Below, in pieces: positions 1-16,519 of a DNA stretch of 64,000 nt (position 1 is the first letter of the stretch; each line of letters opens with the position of its first letter). Where the stretch lies: the NCBI RefSeq assembly GCF_009914755.1, contig NC_060947.1, one strand, 5' to 3'. Under the pieces are notes generated by a model. It saw only the letters and a list, made by a program, of their open reading frames with translations, had not been told where the DNA came from and did no database searches. The DNA is from the human T2T-CHM13v2.0 reference genome, Homo sapiens. The position numbers were made by a program, and so were the translations under genes.

Positions 1-2354
1 ATTCTTATTACCCCAAAAAGAAACTCTGTACCCATTAGCAGTCACTTCTCCAAGGCCATGGAAACCACTAATCTACTTTCTGTTTCTATGAATTTGCCTG
101 TTCTGGTCATTTCATACAAATGGATTTATACAATATGTGTCCTTTTGTGTCGGGCTTCTTTCACTTTAACTTTTTGGGGAATTGTCAAACTTCTTTCCCA
201 AGTGGCTGCACCATTTTACATTTCCAGCAGCAAAGTATGAAAGTTCGAATTTCTTCACATCATCACTAACACTTACTATTGTCTGACTTTTTTATTATAG
301 CCATCCTGGTGGTGTAGTGTGGTATCACATTATGATTTTGATTTCTATTTCCTTGATGGCTAATTTGTTGAGTATCTTCTCATGGGCATATTGGCCATTT
401 TTATATGTTCCTTGAAGAAATGTCTGTTCAGACTGTTTTTTGACTGTTTTAAAATCGGATTGCTTGTCTTTCTATACAAGTCCTTTGTGAGCTAAGTGTT
501 TTGCATATATTTTATTATATTCTATGTGTTGTATTTTCACTTTTTTGAGGATGTAATTTTCTGTACAAAATTTTTAATTTTGATGAAGTCCAAATTATCT
601 ATTCATTGTTGATTGTGTTTTTGTTGACATACTTAAGCAATCATTGACAAATTGAAGGCCATGAAGATGTTCTTTTATGTTTTAAGAGTGTTGTAATTTT
701 AGCTGTTCTGTTTAGTTCTTTCATCCGTTTAAAGTTCATTTTGTATATAGTGCAAAATAAGGGTACAATTTCATTCTTTTGCATGTGGATATTAACTTGT
801 TATAACACCATTTGTTAAATAAACTCTTTTCCTCTATTGAAACTCTTTTTCTCTGTTGGCCCCCTTGTCAAAAATTAATTAATCATAAATGTGTGTGTTT
901 ATTTCTGGACTCCCAGTTCTGTTCCATTGGTATATATGTATACCTTCATGCCAGTACCATATGGTAATAATTACTCTAGCTTTATACTGTTTTGAAATTC
1001 AGATGTGTGAGTGCTTTAACTTTGTTGTTCTTTTTCATATTTTTTTTGGTTGTGCTGGGTCTCTTGCATTTTCATTTGAATTTTAGGGCAAAATTGTCAA
1101 TTTCTGTACAAAGGCCATCTGGGATTTTTGGTAAGAATTGCATTGAATCTGTAGGTCAAATTGGGGAGGATAGCCATCTTAACAATATCAAATCTGATTC
1201 ATGAACACAGGGTATCTTTAAATTTATTTAAGTCTTTAAAAATTTCCTTCAGTGATGTTTTATAGTTGTCAGAGTATGTTTTACATTGCTTTTGTTAAAT
1301 TCATTTCTAAGTATTCTGTTTTTATGCTATCTTATATAGCATTGTTTTCTTAATTTCATTTTGGATAGCTATTGATAGTGTACAGAGCAATTGATTTTCA
1401 TATACTGATTTTGTATTTTGCAACCTTGCTGAATTAATTTTATTATTTCTAATAATTATGGGATGATTCTTTAAGATTATATACATTATCATGTTATTTG
1501 TGATTAAAGATATTTTGCCCTTTTTCTTTCCATTCTGATGCCTTTTATTTTTTTTTCTTACCTATTTGATCTGGCAAGAACTTCCAGTACAATGATGAAT
1601 AGAAGTCACTAGAGTTAACATCATTGTCTTATTTTTAATTTTAGGGGTAAAACTTTAAGTCTCTCATAATTGAGTATAATGTCAAGTGTGGGTTTTTGTA
1701 GATTCCCCTTATCAGGTTGAGGATTTCTTTTTCTATTTCTATTTTATTGAGTGGTTTTATAATGAAAGCATATTGGATTTTGTCCATTGCTTTTTCTGCA
1801 TATATTGGGATTACCGTGTGGTTTCTGTCTTTTATTCTATTTATGCGGTATATTATGTTGATTGATTTTTGCATGTTAAACCAAACTTACATTTTTGGGA
1901 TAAATAATAATTGGTCATTTTACATAATCCTTCCTGGATTCAGGTTGCTTGTATTTTGCTGAGACATTTACAAACATATTCAGAAGATACATTGGCCTGT
2001 AGTATTCCTTTCTTGAGATACCTTTGTCTAGTTTTGGTATCAGGCTAATACTGGAGTCATAGAATGAGTTGGGAAGTGTTCCTTCCTTTTTTAGTTTTGA
2101 AAGTGTGTGAAAAATTAGTATTAATTCTTCTTTGAACATTAGGTAGAATTCATCAGTAAAACCAATCTTCTCCTGGGCTATTTTTTATGGGAAATTTTAA
2201 AAATTACTAATTTTTATAAGTATATTCAGATTTTCTATGGCTTCTTGAGTCAGTTTCAGTAGTTTGTGTCTAAGAATTTGTCAATTTCATCTATATTATC
2301 CAGTTTGTTACATATAGTTGTCCACAGTATTCTCTTATAACTATCTTTATTTCT
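1..2354 (-). mobile_element. Old L1M (L1MB/L1MC-like) 3' region and ORF2 remnant, part 1
   Basis: L1M 3' motifs (aaactctgtacccattagcagtcac, atctactttctgtttctatg); ORF2-like peptides at 1641..1874 and 1915..2139; resumes at 6782 after a younger L1. Confidence 0.85.
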
Positions 2355-6781
<4,427 letters not shown>

Positions 6782-9700
6782 TTATTTCTATAGAGTTAGC
6801 AATACCATTTCCTCTTTCTTCTTGATTTTAATAAGTTTCCCCTTTTTCTTCTTGGTCACTATGGCTAAAGACCTGTCAATTGTGTTGATCTGTTCAAAGA
6901 AACACCTTTTAGTTTCCTTGATTTTCTGTATTATTCTTGTATTCTCTCTGTGATTTACGTCTGATTTAATCTTTATTATTTGTTTCCTTCTGTTGGCTTT
7001 GGATTTAGTTCACTCTTCATTTTCTGGTGTCTTAAGCGGTAGGTTAGGTTATTGATTTGAGTTTTTTTTTTGATATAAGTGTCTACACCTATAAATTTCC
7101 CTGCAATTATTGCTTTAGCTGTACACATAAGTTTTGAATTTAGTTTTATCTTAACATATTTTTAAATTTCTCTGGTGAATTCTTTCTTGATTTATTGTTC
7201 ACTTAAGAGTGTGTTTAATTTCCCCATATTTGCAAATGTATCTAAATTTTAATCTATTTTGGCCCGAGAACATAATTTCAGGATTTAAGTTCATTTATGT
7301 GTATTGAGACTTGTTTTATGGACTAATATGCTGTCTCTTGCAGAGATTATTCAATGTGCACTTAAGAAGGATGTGTATTTTCCTGTTGTTGGATTCAGTA
7401 TTCCATAGCTAACTGTAAGGTCTGGCTGGGTTAAAGTGTTTTCCTTTTTTCTTTGTTATTATTATGCCTAGTTATTTCATCCAATATTAATGTAGTGTAT
7501 TGAAGTCTCCAACTACTATTTTCAAATTGTCTGTTTCTCTCTTCAATTCTGTCAGTTGTTACTTCATGTGTTTTTGAAGCTCTATTGTTAGGTGCATATA
7601 TGTTTGTAATTATATCTTCCTAGGAAATTGACACTTTAATCATTTTTAAACATCTTTCTTTGTCTCTAGTAACAATTTTTGTCTTAATGTCTATTTTGTC
7701 TGATATTAGTATAGTCATACAAGTTTTATTTGGATTACTATTTTTCTGGTATTTCACTTTTCATATTTTGCTTGCAACTTCTTTGTCTTTGAATCTAAAG
7801 TGTGTCTTTTATAGACAACATATAGTAATCCATTCTGTCATATCTAAATTTTGATTGGAATATTTAATCCATTTACATTTGTTTTTTCTATATTCTTTTT
7901 TCTCTTTTGTCTTTTCTATTTTTCTGTTTCTCCATTGCTGCTTTCTTTTGTGTTAATAGATATTTTCTGCTGTGCTGCCATTTTTTTGTTAACTTTTTTA
8001 CATATTCTTTGAGTTATTTTCTTAGTAGTTGAGATGGGGATTACAATTAATGTATTAATTTATAATAACCTAGTTTAGATTAATAACAAATTGATTTTTA
8101 GTAGTATATAACATTTTTGGTTCTATACAGCTTTGTTTCCCATACTTTGTTATTATTTTCATGAACTATATTTTTATACATTTTGTGCTTATCAACACAG
8201 ATACTATTATTGTTTTATGCAGTTAATTTTGAAATTAGGTGTGAGAAAAGAATGATATAAATAAATATACACATATACAGTAATTTTATTTACATATTTG
8301 TTTACCTTTACTGGTACGCCTTATTTCTTCATGTGTATTTGAGTCACTGTTTAGTGTCCTTATATTTCAGTCTTAAAGACTCTGCTTAAGAGTCTGTCTT
8401 TCTGGAAGGACAGATTTTCTAGTGATGAATTCCCTCAGTTTTTGTTTATCTGGAATTTTTAAAGTTATCCTTCATTTTTGAAAGCTAGTTTTGCTGGATT
8501 TATAATTCCTGGCTAATAGTCTGTCTTATTCTTACAATACATTGAATATGGATCTCATTGCCTTCTTGCCTGTATGGTTTTTACTGATAAATTATGTGTT
8601 GATCTTATTGAGAATCTCTTATGTGTGATGAGCTGTTTCTCTCATGCTGCTGTCAAGGTTTTCTTTGTCTTTAGCTTTCAACAGTTTGACTGTAATGTAT
8701 CTAGGTGTGGCTCTTCTGAGTTTATCTTACTTGGATTTTATTGAACTTCTTAGATGTGTACATTAATGATTTTCATCAAATTTGTGGAGTGTTTGGTTAT
8801 TATTTCTTCCAATATTATTTCAGTCCCTTTCTCTCTCTTCTCCCTTTGAACCCATTTACCTATTTTGGTATACTTTATGGTGTCCTGTAGTCCTCCATTC
8901 ATTTTTCCTTCATTAATTTTTATTACTGTTTTTCAGATTATATAATATCACTTAGCCTGTATTCAAGTTAACTGATTCTTTCTTCTGCCAGCTAAAATCT
9001 AATGTTGATCTGCTCTAGTGAATTTTTCACTTTTTATGTGTCATTTCAACCCAAAAGTCCTATTTTTAAAAATAATTTCTGTATCTTTATTGTTGTTCCC
9101 TATTTAATGAAACATTGTGATCATGCCTATCTTTAATTTTTTAGACATGGTTTCTTTTTATTCTTTGAGTTTATTTAGTATAATTCATTTAAAGTTTTTA
9201 TTAATAAGTCCAATATTTCAGCTTCCTCAGGAACAGTTTTTATTAACTGCTTCTTTACTCTGTGTATAGCCATACTCTCTTGGTTCTTTGCATGACTCAT
9301 TTTTTGTCATTGTTGTTGAAATCTGGCTATTTTCATAACATAATGTGGTAACTGTGGAAATCAGATTCTTCCTTTTCCTCAGATTTTTCTGTTGTTACCC
9401 TTTATTATTATCATAGTTCTTCTGTTTAGTGACTTCATTGAACTAATTCTGTAAAATCTATATTCTTTGTTATGTATGCCCTCTGAAATCTCTAGTTTAA
9501 TGATTAGCTAATGATTTGACAGGATTTCCTTATATTTCTTCCATTGAAAAGTCTCCTATCCTTTTCTGAGGGTCTCTGTATGTATCCTGGGCATGCCTTC
9601 AGTACTTCTAAAAGTGGTAGAGATTCTAGCCTTTTCTGAAGGGCTCTGTATTGTGTGTTGGGCATGCCTTCAGTACTTCTGAAAATGGTAGGCAACTCTG

Positions 9701-10470
9701 CCTTATCCTTAACTTCCTGCTTGGTTAGAGCTTCTAGGTCAGCCACAGGTGAGAGATGAGTGCCTTCTCCTATGTTACTTGACATATACACAGCCCTGCC
9801 CACACATGTTGCCTTCTAGATTCTCAGGATTTATATCAGAATTTTTCAAAACTTCTGTGGACATACTCTCTGCCTTTCATTATAAGTTTTTTTTTGGTCA
9901 ATTTCTTCTTTGTTTCAGCTGCTATCACTGACTCAGGCAGCTGTAACATTAAATAATTGCCACTGAACTGTTTCAGCAATTTCCTTGGCAAAAAAGGCTG
10001 TTCACTTTGAGCCAGCTCTGAGTCAGGTCAAATAGGTAAGCCCTGTGAGTGGAGGTTTCCGAGGGACTGTTAGATAAGTCAAATAGTGACAATTCTGTGT
10101 AGATATGGCTTTTTAGAACCTCAAAATTCATTCTCTTTTCTCCATTGGCTGTTAGGTTGATGGTTTTCACGGCTACCATGATTGCAAGGTTGTTGGTTTT
10201 GAGGGCCACTGTGGATTTGTTGAGAGGGAAATGGAAATAGGACAAATGTATATGGTACCAAGCTTGCTGTTCTTACTGAGATTCAGCTGTCAATGCATGC
10301 ACATTGGATAGTTTCAAGCTTTCTTTTAATTTCTAGAATTCTGAAAATTTTAATTTTGATACTTTTTGACAGTGTTCTTGGTGCTTTTATGAAGGAGCAT
10401 ATTTTTGTAATACCTTGGCTCACCATTCCGTAAGTCAGTTTCCCTTGGAATACTCTTGAATTTTCTAACC
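6782..10470 (-). mobile_element. Old L1M part 2 (ORF2 5' part, ORF1 and 5' region; L1M4/L1MC-like)
   Basis: Joins collinearly to position 2354 across the TSD; degenerate antisense L1 motifs (aagtctccaactact, gttttgctggattt). Confidence 0.7.
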
Positions 10471-10737
10471 TCACCTTCCCAGATCCACCCCACTATAAGA
10501 GGAAACTTATGGAGTAGAAATAATATATTATTGTTGGCTTCATACATAGGTATCTGCTCATCTCATATAATGTAAGGGTTTCTGAAGACTCCTTTTTGTC
10601 TGAAATAGCACCTCTATTTGATCAGACATCTTAAATGCTACCATTATAAATTGATTCATTTGAATTAAGGTATTATATAAGGTATGATATCTTTAGGGGT
10701 ATTTTAGAATTATTTTAACTGGACTAATCCTTTTAGA

Positions 10738-10986
<249 letters not shown>

Positions 10987-12029
10987 TTATCATTATGTAC
11001 ATTATGTATATAAATGGCTCATATGTCCAGGCAGATTTTGGCTCTGTAACAAGTATGCATATTATTAATTATGTGGCAACTTCATTTTAATTTTGACATT
11101 AAACTATTTAGGTATTCTCAATCCGGTTTGTTTCTCTTAAGGAATGAAAAAACGTTTTATCATTCTAAATTCAAATTGATCAAAACTTAGTGAAGTTACA
11201 ACAACTTATCAATTCACACCTGAATTTCTCAGCCAAGCATTCAAGATCCCTCAAGGGGTCACTTTGTGCAGTTTTGTCTTCTTCCTTCTCCCCGAAACAT
11301 CTGTTTCAACTAAATTCAGTGCTATATCAACCTTCCGATATATTGCAACTCCCACAAAAAACATCATAAAAATACAAATGTCTTTGGGGCTGAGAAGCAA
11401 CAGACTTCTGAGTGACAGGAGGCTGTGATAGTGTCAGGGTAGCTGATTCCAAAAAAGCTGGGCATTGGGCAGAAAGACATACTTGAATTTTTTCCCAGTT
11501 TTGGCTCTCTATGAAAAATGTCAGAAAGCAAAGGAAATCCAAAGTGTTTTTACTTTGTATTAAATACTTTATCCATGCTAATGAATATCCTCATTTTCAT
11601 TATTTCATTTGGGGAAAAAACTAAAAATATTACTAAACCAGTTGGTCACATTCCCCTAAATTACATGTGCAAATTGGAGTTCTAAACATTTAGAACAGAA
11701 GTATTTGTGTCCTAGAAACCAAGGAAAATAGCAGTTTGTTGCTAAGCTGAAAAAAAACTGCTCCATTTTGGCCACTTGGCATATAACACAACGCTTTGAA
11801 TTATTTCCCTTCTCCTTTTTATGTTCAGACATTTAAAATAAATCTTAGTGAGCTATTATATATTTGGTCTGTGATTCCCTTATTCAGGCAACAATGGCTT
11901 CTGTGAATTTTCTGACAGCCATCAGACAGAAATGAAAATAGGGATTCTCATAGTTTGGGTGGAATGAAACACTATGGGAAGGCTTTATAAACTCTCCAGT
12001 AACAAAGGACCTGAGTGGTAGTAACAATC

Positions 12030-12260
12030 CTTTATATTTGCATCACACTTTTCAGGTTTCCAGAAACTGCAATGAACATTATCTCACTTAATCTTCCCAA
12101 CAACCTTATGACAGGGAAGGTCTATTAGCTCCAGATTACTTATGAGGCAAACAAGGCATAAAGTTGGTTAAGGATCACAATTGTTCAAAATGCTCTACTT
12201 TGTGGTAGAGCTGAGGATCAAACCCAGTTCTCTAGCATTCTAGTCTAGCACTTTTAACCT
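12030..12260 (-). mobile_element. MIR
   Basis: atctcacttaatcttcccaacaaccttatg...tgaggcaaacaaggc...ggatcaaacccag resembles the MIR core in antisense. Confidence 0.7.
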
Positions 12261-12494
12261 AATTTCTTCATTGCAACAATATAAAATGAGCGGTTTTAAG
12301 ATATTGCGGTCTTTATTTATCTTTTTGTTTTTCCTTAGATTCCTTTTTTTTTCTTAAAATATTTAGTAACATTTACCTGCTTGAGAACTTTTAAAAATTG
12401 CTTAAACAGGTTCCATTTCTTCACAACTCATTCCCTTCAAAGATTACTCTAATTACTACTACCCAAAGCATATTTCATAAAGTTTACTCATGTT

Positions 12495-12595
12495 TTTTAA
12501 AAATTTTAATTTCATTTTATGTTTAACTTTAATTTTTAAATTTAATTTTTAAATTTTTAATTAAAAGCACATCACATAAAATCTACCATCTTAAC
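12495..12595 (-). mobile_element. L1MB extreme 3' end (continues at 19356)
   Basis: cacataaaatctaccatcttaac joins to ttaaccacttctaagtgtacagttcag at 19360, rebuilding the L1MB 3' motif. Confidence 0.75.
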
Positions 12596-12649
12596 TTTTT
12601 CTTTTTTATCATTAATTGTTCTATTTCAATAAATGGAAGATTTTTTTTT

Positions 12650-13745
12650 GCAGTAAAGGAAGCATTTAATTGATGCAAGACAAGCCACACCATGTGGGAG
12701 ATGGAGTTATTACTGAAATTAATCTCCCCAAATTCTTGGAGGTTAGGGGTTTTCAAGGACAGTTTGGTACATAAGGAACTAAGGAATGGGGACTGTAGCT
12801 TGTTTGGGAATGAAATCATAGGGGTATGGAAAACGGTCCTTGTGCACTGACTCAGCCTCCGGGTGAGGCTACAGGATCAAGTGAATCATGAGTCAGGAGT
12901 CTGGGTGGGGTCAGTCTGAATGACATCTCAAAAAATAATCTTAGGCTCTATAATAGTGACGGTATCTGTGAAACTCTAATATCTGAGACAGGTCTCAGTT
13001 AATTTGGAAAGTTTATTTTGCCAAAGTTGAAGACATGCCCCCGTGAAACAGCCTTAGGAGGTCCTGACAACATGTGCCCAAGGTGATCAGGGTGCAGCTT
13101 GGTTTTATACATTTTAGGGAGACATGAGACATCAATCAATGTAAGTAAGATGTACATCGGTTCTGTCCAGAAAAGTGGTGGGACAACTTGAATCAGGGAG
13201 GGGGCTTCCAGGTCACAGGCAGGTGAGAGAAAAATGGTTGCACTCTTTTAAGTATCTGATTAGCCTTTCCAAATGAGGCGATCAGATATGCATCTATCTC
13301 AGTGAGCAGAGAGATAACTGAATAGAATGGGAGGCAAGTTTACCCTAAGCAGTTCCAAGCATGACTTTTCCCTTTAGCTGGTTGATTTGGGGCCCCTAAG
13401 ATTTATTTTCCTTTCACTTATCTATAGGAGTAATTGAGGAAGTCACAAATATTGTGACCTCTGGCCACATGACTCCTGAGCAGTAAGGGGATTGTAGAAA
13501 CTATGCCCACATCATTGCATAATTCAAGCCCCTCTTATAATCCTAACCTTGTGGTCTTTCATTAATTTCATGAAGGTGGTTTAGTTTTGGGAAGGGTATT
13601 ATCATCCTTGTTTCAAGGTTAAACAATAAATTACATTTTGCCCCAAATCAGCTTGGTCCTACACCCGGGAATGACCAAAGATAGGTTAGAGATGGAGTCA
13701 AGTATGTTAAATTTCTTACTGTCTGAATTTTGCAAGGTAGTTTCA
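12650..13745 (-). mobile_element. LTR8/LTR8A-type ERV1 3' LTR, cut at its poly(A) site and interrupted by MER4A
   Basis: Minus strand starts tgaaactaccttgcaaaatt...gactccatct; preceded by a polypurine tract; ends ATTAAA + 15 nt + A9. Confidence 0.8.
12967..13418 (-). mobile_element. MER4A/MER4A1 solo LTR
   Basis: Minus strand starts gtgaaaggaaaataaatcttaggggcccc; 4-bp TSD tatc at 12963-12966 and 13419-13422. Confidence 0.85.
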
Positions 13746-16244
13746 ACCATCCCCCACCTTGGGTTTTAGCACACCTCAGTTCTGAGGTGTGAGCTACTAA
13801 GATGGGAAAAAGGACAATGACTACTCTAACTTCTTCCTGCTGATATGGGGCATAGTTAGGGTAGGGGTTGCCCCTAGGGAAGGAGAAGTGAAACCATCTG
13901 ACATTTTTCTGCATGTGTTCGCAGGTGCCTGGCTGAGGTCTCAGGGTCTGCATAATAAAAGTACTAGTACTTTTATCCACAGCTTTAGTATAGCACTTAA
14001 GTGAACAGCAGATTATAAGAGAAATAATAAGGCCTAAGATAAGGAATAAAAGTCTTTGCTTCAGTAGTTCCTGTAGAAATGACCAGAAGTCTTGAGGGAT
14101 CCAGGTGAATGACCCTGATAACCAATTAAATATTGGATCATCAGCAGAGACTCAAAAACAGTGAACAAAGTTGGAATCTAACAACAGGTATACTGTAGTT
14201 TTTCTGAAACAATTTTTCTCTCTTCAGTTCTCCATTTCTACCAAACACAAATCATAATTGGACCTTTTTTGGAAAATAAGTTTTACTCTTATTATAAATG
14301 GCCCAATTATTTGCATAAAGTACAGCAAAATAATTATTTGCCATGTAGCCTTTTTTTTTTAAATGGCTTTGCTGGAATTTTTTTTCTATAAGGAATATCA
14401 GATTAGGCCTTGTACAAGCCTTTTGAGAACAGCCAGGGATTTATCTGTGCCTGCATATGCCTGTGTTAATTGAGTGAATTCCTCTTTTCTCAAGGTCCCA
14501 AGATAACTTGGGGTTCCTGGGCCTGTCAGAAAGTAACTTTCTTTGCTTACCACAAGTTAAGAACCCTGTGAAGGACAAGATGTGAGGCAAGTTTTTCCAA
14601 AGGGCCGTTATCCTCTCTATAGGTCAACCTCAATTTTTCAAAGCAATCTGAAACTATGTCATTTTATTCAAAGCCTTGGTAAAGTAACCAGTGACTCTAT
14701 GTGTGCTGCCAGAAAATAAAACAGATTCTTATTGACCTTATGTAGATAACTACATTGCTACAAGCTAAGAATACTCACAAATAGTTTCCACATTTTGGAG
14801 AAATCAGGTAGAGAGAAATAAACATGATCCAAAGTTTGCTCACAGGTGTAATACATTACTCAATTGTTAAAAGCTGTAAATAGTCCAAAAGAGAAGTTGT
14901 TTGACTCTAAAAAAGATACAAAAAGTATCAGCAATGTTTCAAACAAAAAGTTATAAAAAGGTTATTTTAGTCTTTCATTAGTTCAGTCCATGCAATTAAC
15001 TCCTCTTCTGCTTGATATTCATGAATATATCAGCTTTCTGTGAGTGTCCTGGAAAATTTCCCCTTTATTCCAATAACATAATCTTCAAAGTTATTAGAAA
15101 CTTTTATTCAAGAGCACTTTTCATAGTCCTATAGCTGGATTATAAAGCCACTTTTTGAAAAAATCAAAGTAAACCAACAATTGTGGATGTCAGGAGTCTT
15201 AGGATAGCTACGGTTCAAGTCACACTTGTCAAGGACATTTGGTTAATTTTGTGGCATACAACAATTTAACATAACAATTATAATTACTGACATATACTAA
15301 GTCATATCATAATTATAGCATCTCACACAACTCTGGAACACACACAAATAGCACATTTATACAAATAGAATTTAAAGAAAACCAAACATCATCTTATACT
15401 TGATAATGCCTCCTGTTTGATTTCAACATACCACATAAGCAAAATGTCTCTTTTGAACTTCAGGTAGGCTAATATCTAAACAAGTTAATGAGGTCGAAGT
15501 ACTGAATGTAGAACTTAAAATTTTGATTTTGAAAAGTTTGTTAACTATCAAAAGTTTACAACATTTGATATCACAAAATATGATCACAGGGTTTTCACTT
15601 AGCTGAAACATTAACTCAAAAATTTCAAAAAGACAGAAATCTTTACAAGCTGATAGAAGACTCAGTTTTCTAAGCAACAAGACTCAATAAAAACAGCATG
15701 AGGCCACCTGAATCTGTCTCTTCTCTCTGCCTTTTTCCTTTTTTGCAGTTTACTTAAGAGCAAAGAAAAATATTTTATTGTCTCTCAATATTACACAAAA
15801 TTTATGTTCAAAAGAGAAAGCCAAATTTTACCTCTATGTTAGTATACTATTTATGTTAAACCCAGTTTTTAATAAAGCTTTATAAACAAATCTATCCAAT
15901 TTATCAGTTTGACCATGAGGTAAGATTTTAATAAACCCTCTATATCTTTTTTTAAATAATTTATTAAAGAGCAGATCATTGTTCTAAGGAAACCCTGTTA
16001 TTCTGACACATGGATCCAGATTCTGGCCATGCATCAGTGTGCTTTTTATTTTAATGTTTAATTTACAGGAAAATTAATCCTTAAAAGTTTGGCAAAGTTT
16101 CTTACACCCACAGAACTTCCATTACAAGATCTATATTTTTATAAATGTTTTACAACTTGCTAAAACCTTCAGTGTTGTTCTATCATTCATTTAACTTAGA
16201 ACAATCCTTAAAAACTTCTAAATTAGACAAAATTGCTTTCCCAT
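13746..16244 (-). mobile_element. ERV1 (MER4-group) internal sequence, 5'-truncated
   Basis: Minus-strand ccccatatcagcaggaagaagttagagtagtc motif typical of the ERV1 internal 3' end; contiguous with the LTR; no intact ORF. Confidence 0.7.
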
Positions 16245-16519
16245 TAAATGTAAGATTTTCATACAAAAAGGGGTTTGTAAGCCAATATTTAGATGAAATA
16301 ATAATATAATTTCTCCCTTATGTGCCTATATGCCTGTAGAGAAAACTAGGTCTGAAACATGAATTAAAACTTGGTTTCTAAAGGGTCATTATTTACTGTT
16401 TTCTTTAAGTGAATGGAAGAGTTTAACAAAAAAGGAGTTTTAAAGCCAATGTATACATAAAATTATTAGAAGTTTATTTCTTCTATATGCACCTCTAGGC
16501 CCATAAAGTGATATAGTTA

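Noticed and set aside
11327-11542. 71-aa ORF and nearby splice-like motifs in unique DNA
   Set aside because: No recognisable protein, non-ATG start and no consistent exon structure.
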